Origin: Thermoplasmatota archaeon
GTDB taxonomy: Archaea > Thermoplasmatota > Thermoplasmata > Halarchaeoplasmatales > Halarchaeoplasmataceae
Direction of reading: 5' to 3'
NCBI GenBank assembly: GCA_036626195.1
Contig: JAZKSH010000001.1
Location: forward strand, 9,334 to 73,333
Length of the DNA stretch: 64,000 nucleotides
In this document: positions 1 to 9,635 of the stretch, one piece after another
Numbering within the stretch: the stretch's first letter is position 1
Layout: each line of letters starts with the position of its first letter
Notes under the pieces: generated by a model
Seen by the model: the letters and a program-made list of their open reading frames with translations, nothing else
Databases searched by the model: none
Told to the model about the DNA's origin: nothing
Made by a program: the position numbers and the translations under genes

Positions 1-4
1 GAAG

Positions 5-709
5 ATGTTCAGTGAAAAAAGGACACAGCGGAAGATCTTTTTGCCCATCTCTCTAGCACTTTTGGTCTACGGTTTCTTCCAGATGGTAGCTCTGTTGAGC
101 GATCTACTCATAGAAGGGATTTCCGCACTCGGCGGTCTGCCGAGTTTTGGTGTAGGATCCATATTTTTCGTCATCGGACTTTATATCATAATAAGGATCT
201 ATGAATTGGACAGGAAGGCCTTGGATCTGTATAAGAGGTTGAGCAGTGCTGTGAGAGAAGGTGCGGTCTGGTTACCCTTCGCAGTTGTAGCCATACTAAT
301 AGTGATAGGCAGTTCTATCCAAGGATGGAATGTGATAGTCGAGCAGGAGATCACCACCCCACTCCACATAGCTTTAAGTTTCGCCACCACGGTGATATGG
401 TGGTGGATAGGTGCAGTGTTCTTGTATGAATTGGGCAGACTGTTAGACACCTATATCACTCAGGGAAGAGTGAAATTATCCTTCTGGGCAATATTTTTAA
501 CTCTGTTCGCTCTGACGTTCATATTCTGGGGCGCTTTAGATTATATTCGGAGTATTGTCGGGATGGAAAAGGGCAGTATGATCCCCGTCGCTATAAACAT
601 AACCTTAGGTCTACTGATCGGTGTTTTGGCAGGATTGACACAGCGAAGTTTCAAAGAACGACAGCAGCAGGAAGAAAATGAGATGGGGGAATCCCTACCC
701 GATGGCTAG
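5..709 (+). CDS. Polytopic membrane protein of unknown function. The ATG is at nt 5, so the N-terminus may start upstream of the window.
   Basis: 234-aa ORF with several hydrophobic helices and an acidic/Q-rich C-terminal tail. No recognisable catalytic motif. Confidence 0.35.
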   Translation: MFSEKRTQRKIFLPISLALLVYGFFQMVALLSDLLIEGISALGGLPSFGVGSIFFVIGLYIIIRIYELDRKALDLYKRLSSAVREGAVWLPFAVVAILIVIGSSIQGWNVIVEQEITTPLHIALSFATTVIWWWIGAVFLYELGRLLDTYITQGRVKLSFWAIFLTLFALTFIFWGALDYIRSIVGMEKGSMIPVAINITLGLLIGVLAGLTQRSFKERQQQEENEMGESLPDG

Positions 710-734
710 ATAATTTGATCGGGAGGTCTTAAAG

Positions 735-1355
735 TTGGAGTTTGAAGATTGGAAACCTCTCTACAAAGAGATAATCTCAGAATTTGGATACTCTGAAGAA
801 GAGGACAGAAAAGCTGCAAAAATTTTGGCCAAGGAGAGAGAGAGCGACGGAGTGACACCTTTGAGAGAAATGAACGGCCGGGAAATCGAGATCAGCGGTC
901 CCTATTATTCCAAGCGGGAGAGCGAATTTACAATAGCGGCAGGAAGCTCTTTGGAACAGATGATAGATCAGGGCGTCGAGCCCGAACTCATCGTCACTGA
1001 CCTTGATGGGGATACGTCTCTACAATCGGAGATGAACACGAATGGGATCCCAGTAATGATGCATGCCCACGGTGATAATATAAAATTGCTCAGAAAATGG
1101 GCTGAGAGATTTAAGGGGCATGTGATACCTACATGCCAGTGTGAGCCTCCTGAGAAAAGCATATACAACTTCGGTGGGTTCACTGACGGTGATAGAGCTG
1201 CTTTCGTGGCTGAACATTTCGGTGCGAAAAAGATAATATTGAATGGCTGGGATTTTGAGGAAGCCCATGACGGCGGGAAAATCAAACAGAAAAAACTCCG
1301 TTGGGCGAAGAGGTTATTAAAGAAAATAGATGTCCCGATAGGACCCTATCCCTAA
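735..1355 (+). CDS. MptE-like 6-hydroxymethyl-7,8-dihydropterin diphosphokinase (DUF115 family), tentative
   Basis: The N-terminus W-x2-Y-x2-I-x3-FGYS-x3-D-x2-AA-x2-L resembles the start of archaeal DUF115/MptE proteins. Size (206 aa) fits. Confidence 0.4.
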   Translation: MEFEDWKPLYKEIISEFGYSEEEDRKAAKILAKERESDGVTPLREMNGREIEISGPYYSKRESEFTIAAGSSLEQMIDQGVEPELIVTDLDGDTSLQSEMNTNGIPVMMHAHGDNIKLLRKWAERFKGHVIPTCQCEPPEKSIYNFGGFTDGDRAAFVAEHFGAKKIILNGWDFEEAHDGGKIKQKKLRWAKRLLKKIDVPIGPYP

Positions 1356-1498
1356 AAACTGAAATAATCGATATAGAGAATTCGATATCCGCAGTGGGGA
1401 AGATTTATTTATTTTCATTCGTATTGCTACCCGGATTGTAAGTAGTGGGAACGATAGAGAGACGTTTAGGGGCAAAAATAATAGAAAAGTGATGCACC

Positions 1499-1876
1499 GT
1501 GTCTAGGATTACCTTAGATGAGATGAAAGAGGCTATCGAAATAGTATTTGAAGAGAATGATATAGACCAATATCGTGCTGAAGATATGGCAGAGACGGTG
1601 ATGAACCTTTTCGGATATGACAAAGCGATAACCGACAACCTTTTGTCCTCTGAAGAGAGAGATATTTTCTATAAATTAGAAGACGTTGGTCTCCTCTCTA
1701 CAGAAGAAGAAAGTACTAACCTGCCTAGCGGAAAAAAATGGAGGATCCATTATTGGATTTTGAACGAAAGGAAGATAAGAAAGATTTTAGATAGGAAAGA
1801 AAAGGAAGAGGAAAACGAAGAAGAATCCATTTATAACGACATCTCGGATAAGGTATGGGAGCGGACCGCCGAGTGA
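1499..1876 (+). CDS. Small acidic hypothetical protein
   Basis: 125-aa ORF with coding-like composition. No motif recognised. Confidence 0.3.
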   Translation: MSRITLDEMKEAIEIVFEENDIDQYRAEDMAETVMNLFGYDKAITDNLLSSEERDIFYKLEDVGLLSTEEESTNLPSGKKWRIHYWILNERKIRKILDRKEKEEENEEESIYNDISDKVWERTAE

Positions 1877-1937
1877 TATTTTTAAGAAGGGTATATGGGT
1901 ATATTATACTGATCTTCTCCTATGATGTGTGTTAACG

Positions 1938-2558
1938 ATGGCGGGAATAAAGAAAAAGGAATTAGAGATCAAATTGGAGGAAATCCCTTCCCATCCCGAT
2001 CCATCTCCTGATTTGGAACAGTACACGACTCCCGCTCATATCGCTGCAGACATCCTTTTCGCGGCCTACGGGAACAGACATGTGGCGAACAGAGTGATCG
2101 CTGATCTGGGATGTGGAACGGGGGTCTTTGCATTAGGATGCGTATATCTTGGTGCTGAAAGAGTTAAGGCTGTAGACCTTGACGAAGAGGCGGTAGAATT
2201 AGCGGCGGACACAGCTGAAGATTGGTCTTTTTCTGAAGTTATAGATTTCCAGGTGAAAGACATAAAAGAGTTTCAAGCGGAGGTAGACACAGTGATAATG
2301 AATCCGCCGTTTGGATCACAGAATAAGGGAGCCGATCTTCCTTTTTTAAAGAAAGCCTTCAAGTCAAGCGAGACGGTGTATTCCCTTCACAATGCAAAAA
2401 CCGTTGACTTTTTGGAAAAGTTTATCAAAGACCGAGGACACTGCATATTTTGGGAAAAAAGATATATGTTTGAAATTAATAGGCAGTTCGATTATCACGA
2501 AAAAGAGAAGGAAAATTTTGAAGTGGTATTATTAGGGATAAATATTGAGAGGGAATAA
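1938..2558 (+). CDS. METTL5-like SAM-dependent (N6-adenine) RNA methyltransferase, COG2263 type
   Basis: SAM motif I DLGCGTGVF and the catalytic NPPFG motif are present. In archaea this gene typically sits upstream of csl4, as here. Confidence 0.7.
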   Translation: MAGIKKKELEIKLEEIPSHPDPSPDLEQYTTPAHIAADILFAAYGNRHVANRVIADLGCGTGVFALGCVYLGAERVKAVDLDEEAVELAADTAEDWSFSEVIDFQVKDIKEFQAEVDTVIMNPPFGSQNKGADLPFLKKAFKSSETVYSLHNAKTVDFLEKFIKDRGHCIFWEKRYMFEINRQFDYHEKEKENFEVVLLGINIERE

Positions 2559-2559
2559 A

Positions 2560-3138
2560 ATGGCAGGTAATGAAGAAGAATTGGTTTTTCCAGGTGACAA
2601 AGTCGGGACCTCCGAAGAATGGATGGCCGGTAAAGGCACGTTCGAAGACGAAGGAAATATCTACGCTGCTCAGTTCGGTAAACTCATCTTCGACGAGGAT
2701 TCTTTGGAAGCAAAAGTCGATGCTGTTAACCCCATCGTAGAGGTGCAGGAAGGTGATGTCATTTATGGGAGTGTATTCATGAGAAAAGAGGCGATGGTGG
2801 TGATTATGATCGAAAAAATAGAAGGTGTTTCTAGAGATGTCAAAGAAGATGTCGAAGGAACCCTGCACATCTCAGAAGTCTCGGAAGATTACACAGAGGA
2901 GCTAGAAGAAGAATTTCTCGTTGGAGATATAGTAAGAGCAAAAGTGACCGAGACGGAACCCGCTATAAAATTATCTACAGCGGGGAAAAAGTTCGGTGTC
3001 GTTAGAGGTTACTGCCCCGATTGTAGAAAAGCGATGAAGTTTGAAAGAAAAAATGATAAGTTGTATTGTGAAAACTGTGATATCCAATCGGATAGGAACA
3101 TATCTAGGGTATATGGGAAAATAAAGCTGAAGAGGTAA
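2560..3138 (+). CDS. csl4: Exosome RNA-binding subunit Csl4
   Basis: N-terminal domain, then a central S1-like fold, then a C-terminal zinc ribbon CPDC-x11-CENC. The ORF overlaps the methylase stop, and an internal Met at 2560 is the likely start. Confidence 0.7.
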   Translation: MAGNEEELVFPGDKVGTSEEWMAGKGTFEDEGNIYAAQFGKLIFDEDSLEAKVDAVNPIVEVQEGDVIYGSVFMRKEAMVVIMIEKIEGVSRDVKEDVEGTLHISEVSEDYTEELEEEFLVGDIVRAKVTETEPAIKLSTAGKKFGVVRGYCPDCRKAMKFERKNDKLYCENCDIQSDRNISRVYGKIKLKR

Positions 3139-3165
3139 AGAATTACATGTGGAGGTATCATAGCC

Positions 3166-3408
3166 GTGGTTGACGTTGAAAAAGCGTTGATGGCTATAGA
3201 AGAAAAAAAAAGGTGGGAAAAAAGGGAGGAAGAGATATTAGAGGAGTTAAAGGAAGTTAGGTCTAAGAAGAAAAAGTTGAAAAAAGAGGCTAAAGAATTG
3301 AAAAATAAGATAAACGAGGCTGAGAGTGCTATCAAATCTGTAAATAATAAGAGAAGGGAGGTCCCGAACTTCTCTCTAGACCTAGGCGAGGAAATAAAGA
3401 GGATGTAA
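3166..3408 (+). CDS. Small K/E-rich coiled-coil protein
   Basis: 80-aa ORF, heptad-like charged sequence, immediately downstream of csl4. Confidence 0.3.
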   Translation: MVDVEKALMAIEEKKRWEKREEEILEELKEVRSKKKKLKKEAKELKNKINEAESAIKSVNNKRREVPNFSLDLGEEIKRM

Positions 3409-3429
3409 TACCACATAGAGTGATAAGAC

Positions 3430-3660
3430 ATGGCTGACAAGGAAGAAAATATCAAACATCTGCGGGAGGAAATCATGAGATATAAGAAAGAGTACTGGAA
3501 AATAAAAGGCAGGATCGAGGAACTGGACCAACAAGAAGAAGATCTAAAGGAAGAGTTGGAAAGAGTAAGAGATCATCTCTCATATTATCAATCACTCGTA
3601 TCTGATATGAAGAAAAAAATGGAGGGAAGAAAAATCGTAGATGTGTTTGAGAAACTCTAA
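3430..3660 (+). CDS. Small coiled-coil protein
   Basis: 76-aa ORF in the same frame as the previous small ORF, separated from it by stop codons. Confidence 0.3.
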   Translation: MADKEENIKHLREEIMRYKKEYWKIKGRIEELDQQEEDLKEELERVRDHLSYYQSLVSDMKKKMEGRKIVDVFEKL

Positions 3661-3835
3661 TCACAGAAAGTTAGCTTTTTAAGTTCATTGAGATCGGCTG
3701 AGAAAATTTAAATATGGAAAGGTTAATAGCGGTCATGTATTCGCTTTATAGAAAACCGCATTGTAGGAGCGTGTTACCATAAAAGCCAAAGGAGAAGTCG
3801 AAGAGATATTTAAGGAATACTGTGATAAAACCGGG

Positions 3836-4171
3836 ATGAAGGCCATTTCATTGACATCCAAGAACGGGGTGCCCATAGCTTTCCATCTGGAAAACGAGGA
3901 AGAAAACGAAAGCTTCAGCACTCTGTCAGCGACTATACTCGGCGCGAGTGAGGTCATCTTTTCAAGTTTTGAAAAGGAAAACCCCGAACTCATCGTGTGT
4001 AATTCTGATGACTCCACCCTTCTTATCAGTGAGGTAGGAACCAATGCAGTTCTCTCAGTACTCGGTGATTCTGATAGGAAGGAAGAGATGATCGAAGATA
4101 TGAAGGAAATGGTTTCTGAAATAGAAACCGCTGAAAAAGGTTCTGAAATGAAAGAGGTGCTTAAAAAATGA
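3836..4171 (+). CDS. Roadblock/LC7 (MglB-like) domain protein
   Basis: The 111-aa alpha-beta pattern (ATILGASE; LLISEVGTNAVLSVLG) is typical of Roadblock/LC7. Its stop overlaps the start of the next gene (ATGA). Confidence 0.6.
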   Translation: MKAISLTSKNGVPIAFHLENEEENESFSTLSATILGASEVIFSSFEKENPELIVCNSDDSTLLISEVGTNAVLSVLGDSDRKEEMIEDMKEMVSEIETAEKGSEMKEVLKK

Positions 4172-5682
4172 AAATGATCAAAAGTATACCACCAGAGATC
4201 AAAGAGTTTTTGGAAAAAGAAGGCGGTTCGTCCGTGTTCTTTGAAGGTTCTTCCGGTACGGGTAAAACGACTATAGCTCTTCAAATAATCGAAGAGCTTG
4301 CCGATCCTGAAAAAAGTTTTTATTTATCTACCCGGGTATCCGACGAAGCACTTTACACCCAGTTCCCATGGCTGGAAGACAAAGAGATGCGTTCTCAGAT
4401 AACTGATGCCAGTAAAGTCTTCCTCGAAACTCTGTATGGAGAAGAAGAGGAAGAAAAGGAACAGGTGATTGACGAGGAGAAAAAGAAGATCAAAGGAGCT
4501 AAGGAATTTTTAGACACGATACGAGAAGAAGGGCCTCCCGAGAACGTTGATAGGACTAGACTAAATCAGCTTGACAAGAGTATACCGGGCTTGGAAAGGA
4601 TCTACGATCGGATAGATAACGTACTTCCAGAACGATCCTTGCTTGTGATAGACAGTATCGAAGGTATCACACATAAGTACGATATAGACATGGAAACCTT
4701 CGTCATGACCATCCAAAAGGACCTTGTGGAAAATTCGAACACCAACTTGATAATGGTATTGGAAAAAGAGGAAGCACCGGACCTCGAATATCTTGGAGAC
4801 GGGGTAGTCCAGATGAACAGATATCAACTTGAGGGTAGAGACGTCCGTACCATAAAGCTGAAAAAACTGAGGGCTATCAGGATCAAGCAGCCTTCCTATC
4901 TTATGTCACTAGAAGGCGGTAGGTTCAAATGCTTTGAACCTTATGAACTGGACATCTCAGGCGGCCATGAATGGAAACCTGTGAAGGCACCGGAAGGGAA
5001 ATACAGCACTGGAACTGAAGATATCGACAGTCTTCTAGATGGCGGATTTGATGCGGGAAGCTACAACATCTTCGAAGTCAAAGAAAACGTCAGTAACGAA
5101 GAGTTCTTTTCGGTAATAAGGCCCATATTCTTGAATTTCCTATCACAGAATAGGGGAATCATAACGGTCCTCTCTGGTGGAACCCATCCTGAAAATCTTA
5201 AAGACGATCTTACAAGGTTCATATCGGAAAACGTTTTCAATGAAAAGTTCCGTATCGTCGACTATTTCTCCTCGAGGACAAACAAACCTTATAAGATGGC
5301 CCTCGCGGGGAAAAACCAGAGTCAATACAGGGAGATCTACAATGAAACGATGAAAGAATTGAGGGGAGACGAAGATCAGGGGATACTGGATTACACCGGT
5401 TTGGACACCATGGAGTACATGCAGGGTGGTGAGGTCGCCGTTAAACAACTTCTGAGCGGCGTAGCTAACACTAAAAATTCTGACGACCTCGGATTGGGGA
5501 TCGTAAAACCGGGCCTCAACCTCTCCCAAGAGATCAAAAATATGGCGGACAATTACTTCGTGATACTAAGTATCAACAAAACGCCCTGCCTGTATGGAGT
5601 GAAACCAAAAACAGGTCTATATGCCATAGTGACAGATGAAGAAAAGGGATTGCCGTATATAAGATTAGATCCAATAGTCTAA
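4168..5682 (+). CDS. KaiC/RecA-superfamily ATPase with tandem KaiC-like domains, the second degenerate
   Basis: Domain 1 has a Walker A motif, GSSGTGKTT. Domain 2 keeps the KaiC-like opening (IDSLLDGGFDAGSYNIF) but lacks a P-loop. Confidence 0.6.
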   Translation: MKMIKSIPPEIKEFLEKEGGSSVFFEGSSGTGKTTIALQIIEELADPEKSFYLSTRVSDEALYTQFPWLEDKEMRSQITDASKVFLETLYGEEEEEKEQVIDEEKKKIKGAKEFLDTIREEGPPENVDRTRLNQLDKSIPGLERIYDRIDNVLPERSLLVIDSIEGITHKYDIDMETFVMTIQKDLVENSNTNLIMVLEKEEAPDLEYLGDGVVQMNRYQLEGRDVRTIKLKKLRAIRIKQPSYLMSLEGGRFKCFEPYELDISGGHEWKPVKAPEGKYSTGTEDIDSLLDGGFDAGSYNIFEVKENVSNEEFFSVIRPIFLNFLSQNRGIITVLSGGTHPENLKDDLTRFISENVFNEKFRIVDYFSSRTNKPYKMALAGKNQSQYREIYNETMKELRGDEDQGILDYTGLDTMEYMQGGEVAVKQLLSGVANTKNSDDLGLGIVKPGLNLSQEIKNMADNYFVILSINKTPCLYGVKPKTGLYAIVTDEEKGLPYIRLDPIV

Positions 5683-5691
5683 AAAAAGGTC

Positions 5692-6345
5692 TCAAAACCC
5701 ATATTCGCCTTTCAGGGGAACGAAACGAACCCCTCCCAAATTTTCTTTCTTTATTTCGTATTCATCTATTTTGGTTGCTTTTACTAGTTTTTGAAAGAAT
5801 CTGCTTCCAAGCGGTAGCAGTATCTTACCTCCCACTTTTAACTGTTTTACCATCGGATCGGGTATCTTCGAGGCTCCGCAGGCGACAGAGATACGATCGT
5901 ATGGAGCTTTCTCTTGATAACCTGAAGAACCGTCTCCGTGGACCACCCTGACGTTTTGATAGCCGCATCCTTCCAATCTTTTCTGAGCCGATCTAGCCAA
6001 TGTTTCTATGAATTCGATGGTATATACCTCGCCATTTTCCCCTACTAGTTCCGCTATCACTGCGGCGTGATAACCTCGGCCGCCGCCGACCTCTAACACT
6101 CTCTGCCCTTCCTCTATATCGAGGTTCTCAACCATCATGGCCACCATATGCGGCGCAGATATGGTCTGGCCTTCACCAATAGGTTGGGGTCTATCCGTGT
6201 AAGCTCTGTCCTTTATGTTGGATGGAACGAACTCATGCCGGGGTACTTTTTTCATGGCCTCTTCTACAAGAGAGGTCTCTATATAACCGCGGTCTACGAG
6301 ACTTTTGACCATCTTTTCTCTTTTTTTCTTGTATTCGTTTTTCAT
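5692..6345 (-). CDS. pcm: Protein-L-isoaspartate O-methyltransferase
   Basis: Canonical PIMT motifs: VPRHEFVP, ISAPHMVA, LEVGGGRGYHAA, VVHGDG. Confidence 0.9.
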   Translation of the reverse strand: MKNEYKKKREKMVKSLVDRGYIETSLVEEAMKKVPRHEFVPSNIKDRAYTDRPQPIGEGQTISAPHMVAMMVENLDIEEGQRVLEVGGGRGYHAAVIAELVGENGEVYTIEFIETLARSAQKRLEGCGYQNVRVVHGDGSSGYQEKAPYDRISVACGASKIPDPMVKQLKVGGKILLPLGSRFFQKLVKATKIDEYEIKKENLGGVRFVPLKGEYGF

Positions 6346-6474
6346 ATTCTACCCTAAATGCTCCGTTTTATTATTTTGTTGGTCTATTATATTTTTTCTG
6401 GTCTCTGCCTTCCCTCCATCCATCGGTTTTTTATATCTCTCATACTTGTGTGAGAGAAATAAGAGTTCGATATT

Positions 6475-7203
6475 ATGGTTGAAGTACCCGAATCTCATCC
6501 TAGATATGAATCGTTAAAGACTAGGGAGTCGCTGGTGGAAGGGGTCGAGAAGGGGATAACATCCAAGGCCGGATTGATCGCTCACGGGCGTGGAGAGATG
6601 TTCGATTATCTGATCGGCGAGGAGACCGTCAAGCCGGCTGAAAAAGCTGAAAGAAAGGCCGTGGCTGAGATGCTGGAAGCAAAGAAGCCGGTCATCTCGG
6701 TTAACGGCAACGTTGCCGCGCTCGTCCCCGCAGGCATTGTTTCGCTCGCTCAAAGATTGGATGCAAAGCTGGAAGTCAATCTTTTTCATAGGACCGATGA
6801 GAGGATAAAAAAAATAGAAAAAGAACTGAAAGAAAACGGGGCGGAAAAAGTTTATGGAAAAAAGGCTGACGCTAAGATACCGGGGTTGGATCATGATAGA
6901 GCTCTGTGTGACAGGGAAGGGATTTTTTCAGCCGATGCAGTCTTCGTTCCTCTAGAGGACGGTGACAGAACTAAAGCCCTTAAGGATATGGGAAAAAAGA
7001 CCATAGCTATCGATCTGAATCCACTTTCTAGGACCGCTGAAACTGCGGATATAACCATAGTGGATAATATAATAAGGGGGGTTCCGAACATGATCGAGTG
7101 TGAACCTTTTTATGGCGATTTCGATAATGCTGAGAATCTAAGTTCAACCTTAGATCTTATGTGCAAAAGACTAGAATCTTTATCTGAGGAAGTGAGAACA
7201 TGA
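6475..7203 (+). CDS. Archaeal 4-phosphopantoate--beta-alanine ligase (phosphopantothenate synthetase, COG1701/DUF137)
   Basis: N-terminal HPRYESL...GLIAHGRGEMFDYLIGE matches the archaeal PPS family. It is divergent from pcm and overlaps ahcY. Confidence 0.65.
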   Translation: MVEVPESHPRYESLKTRESLVEGVEKGITSKAGLIAHGRGEMFDYLIGEETVKPAEKAERKAVAEMLEAKKPVISVNGNVAALVPAGIVSLAQRLDAKLEVNLFHRTDERIKKIEKELKENGAEKVYGKKADAKIPGLDHDRALCDREGIFSADAVFVPLEDGDRTKALKDMGKKTIAIDLNPLSRTAETADITIVDNIIRGVPNMIECEPFYGDFDNAENLSSTLDLMCKRLESLSEEVRT

Positions 7204-8435
7204 ATGATTTAGTGGTAAAGGGTAAGAAAAGATTAGAATGGGCACGCGAACATATGAAAGTTATAGAGAAAGTTAAAACGGAGATATCGGAGAGAGGTAC
7301 TCTAGAGGATAAAAATGTATCTATGGCACTTCATGTGGAAGCAAAAACGGGTATCCTCGCTCTTTCGCTGCGCGAGGCCGGGGCTAACGTGAAGATGGCA
7401 TCCTGCAATCCTCTTTCGACCGACAATTCTGTCGCCGAGGCACTGAGAGAAGAGCATGGGATGGACGTTTTCGCTAAAAGAGGACAGAACGATGAAGAAT
7501 ACTATAAGAATCTCAACTTAACCCTCGAACATGACCCCGACGTGGTTATAGACGACGGAGGCGACCTGATATCATTGATACATAAAGAGAGAGATGATCT
7601 GATCGAGAGTATAGCTGGAGGAGCCGAAGAAACGACCACTGGCATCGTTAGACTGAGAGCAATGGAAGAAGACGGAGTCTTACGTTTCCCGGTAATGTCA
7701 GTGAACGACGCCTATATGAAACACCTTTTCGACAATAGATATGGTACAGGTCAATCGACTATAGACGGCATATTGAAAGCGACCAATCTTCAGCTCAGCG
7801 GGAAAAACTTTCTCGTAGGTGGTTACGGATGGTGTGGAAGAGGTATAGCCATGCGTGCAAAAGGTATGGGTGCCGACGTCATGGTGGCAGAGGTGGATCC
7901 GATAAAGGCGGTGGAAGCCAAGATGGACGGATTTGAAGTTCTTCCTGCCGAAAAAGGGATAAAAAAAGCTGATTTCGTCGTCACAGCGACCGGATGCAAA
8001 GACGTGATAGGCGAAAAGGAGTTAGAGGTTGCGAAAGACGGCTGCGTTTTAGCCAACTCAGGTCATTTCAACAACGAGATATCTATAGAGAAGTTGGAAA
8101 AAATGGCTGTTTCTAAAAGAGAAGTGAGGGAGGATGTAACAGGATATGAGATGAAAGACGGCAGGAAGCTTTATCTGCTGTCTGAAGGACGATTGGTCAA
8201 TCTCGCCGCCGGACAGGGACATCCCGCAGAGATAATGGATATGAGTTTTTCACTGCAGATGATGGCCGCCGAATATGTAGTTGAGAACGAGGATCTAACC
8301 CCTAAAGTTCACGAGATACCGAGAAGAATAGACGAGAAGGTAGCTAACCTCAGATTGAAATCTGATAACGTAAAAATAGATAGACTCACCGATGAACAAA
8401 AAGAATATTTAGAGGGTTGGGAAGAAGGTACTTGA
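7200..8435 (+). CDS. ahcY: S-adenosyl-L-homocysteine hydrolase (short archaeal type)
   Basis: NAD-binding GYGWCGRG is present. The conserved N-terminal block and the HPAEIMD/SF motif are also present. Confidence 0.9.
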   Translation: MNDLVVKGKKRLEWAREHMKVIEKVKTEISERGTLEDKNVSMALHVEAKTGILALSLREAGANVKMASCNPLSTDNSVAEALREEHGMDVFAKRGQNDEEYYKNLNLTLEHDPDVVIDDGGDLISLIHKERDDLIESIAGGAEETTTGIVRLRAMEEDGVLRFPVMSVNDAYMKHLFDNRYGTGQSTIDGILKATNLQLSGKNFLVGGYGWCGRGIAMRAKGMGADVMVAEVDPIKAVEAKMDGFEVLPAEKGIKKADFVVTATGCKDVIGEKELEVAKDGCVLANSGHFNNEISIEKLEKMAVSKREVREDVTGYEMKDGRKLYLLSEGRLVNLAAGQGHPAEIMDMSFSLQMMAAEYVVENEDLTPKVHEIPRRIDEKVANLRLKSDNVKIDRLTDEQKEYLEGWEEGT

Positions 8436-8465
8436 CGTAGCGGTTGGAAATAACCGCTTAATAAA

Positions 8466-8735
8466 TCAGTCTATAAGAGTGATGTCCTCGGATTCCGCAC
8501 TTTGAATGTTCTCTATATTGTTCAATTTTTCTTCCATCTCATCCACGATTCCGCCTTCGTCAGGGATGACTATCTTCGCAACTATGGCCTTGAGGCCGAA
8601 GGCTACTTTCTCTTCCTTTGATCCTTTGAATGTACCGTATTCCTCGGCGATTTCTTTGATATCCTCTTTTATCCGGTCGAGGCCCGTTTCCGGTCCCTCG
8701 GGCATCACTTTGTAAACTATCATCACGTCGCCCAT
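8466..8735 (-). CDS. ef1b: Translation elongation factor 1-beta
   Basis: 89 aa, MGDV..VYKVMPEG...LKAIVAKIVIPDEGG, typical of aEF-1beta. Confidence 0.85.
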   Translation of the reverse strand: MGDVMIVYKVMPEGPETGLDRIKEDIKEIAEEYGTFKGSKEEKVAFGLKAIVAKIVIPDEGGIVDEMEEKLNNIENIQSAESEDITLID

Positions 8736-8736
8736 C

Positions 8737-8904
8737 TTAAGGCCCCCTGAAACCGCACTCAGGACATTCGTATTCCTCGCTCTGGTCTCGACATTTTTCG
8801 CATCTGCCTATGTCGGCCTCTCCACATTCAGGGCAAGGAAACACGGTGTTCTTTAGACCGACCAATGTTATTCCGCAGGATGTGCAGTTGTAATCTTCCT
8901 TCAT
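8737..8904 (-). CDS. Small zinc-ribbon protein (COG2888-type) co-transcribed with EF-1beta
   Basis: Hand translation gives [55 protein letters not shown]. It has two CxxC pairs plus extra Cys. Its stop lies 1 nt before the EF-1beta start. It is absent from the ORF track because it is under 60 aa. Confidence 0.6.
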   Translation of the reverse strand: MKEDYNCTSCGITLVGLKNTVFPCPECGEADIGRCEKCRDQSEEYECPECGFRGP

Positions 8905-9101
8905 GGTGATCGGACTTCGAAGAAAGGGGCGATTATTTAATTCTGTCGGAGTCTACACCACAAAATATGTTTGAATAATACGTAAACGAAAATATTATAT
9001 ACTTATGCTTTTTCCTTAAGCCTGTATGTCTCTTACAGCCAGTCAAGGAGCGATAAAAGGTAGCTCGTCGAATTTTTTATCATCGCATTTGGAGGGGTAT
9101 C

Positions 9102-9635
9102 ATGAAAAGAGGTAAAGCATTTGTATCGACTTTTCTGCTGGCCCTTTTTACGTATCTGTTATTGACATTAGCTGCTGGCCAGTCCTTGGCACAGGAAGCT
9201 CCCTGGAGTCAGATAATTTGGAGTTTTGAAGAAATAGTGATCGGTATCTCGATGAGCTTGATAGCTGCTGCGGTAGCTGATCACATTCTCTGTAGGAAGG
9301 GAGATTTCAGGATGTTGAATCCTATCCGCTGGTTGATAATGTTGGTTTACACGATTCCGCTCTTCATAGAGATGGCAAAGGCGAACTTCGATGTTGCTTA
9401 CAGGGTCATAACGGGCAAGATAGAACCCGGGATTGTAAAGATAGACCCGGGCCTCGAAACGGACCTAGGGATAACCTTCCTGGCAAATTCGATAACCCTA
9501 ACTCCAGGAACTTTGACCGTGGACGTAGACGACGAAAGGAGCGAAATGTACATACACTGGATAAAAGTTGGGGAGGATCCAACTGAAAATATAGCTGGAA
9601 GATTCGTTAGATGGATAAGGAGGTTTGCAGAATGA
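9102..9635 (+). CDS. mbhA: Mbh/Mrp subunit MrpE-like (MbhA)
   Basis: MnhE-like membrane protein. It is the first gene of the 14-gene cluster. Confidence 0.65.
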   Translation: MKRGKAFVSTFLLALFTYLLLTLAAGQSLAQEAPWSQIIWSFEEIVIGISMSLIAAAVADHILCRKGDFRMLNPIRWLIMLVYTIPLFIEMAKANFDVAYRVITGKIEPGIVKIDPGLETDLGITFLANSITLTPGTLTVDVDDERSEMYIHWIKVGEDPTENIAGRFVRWIRRFAE

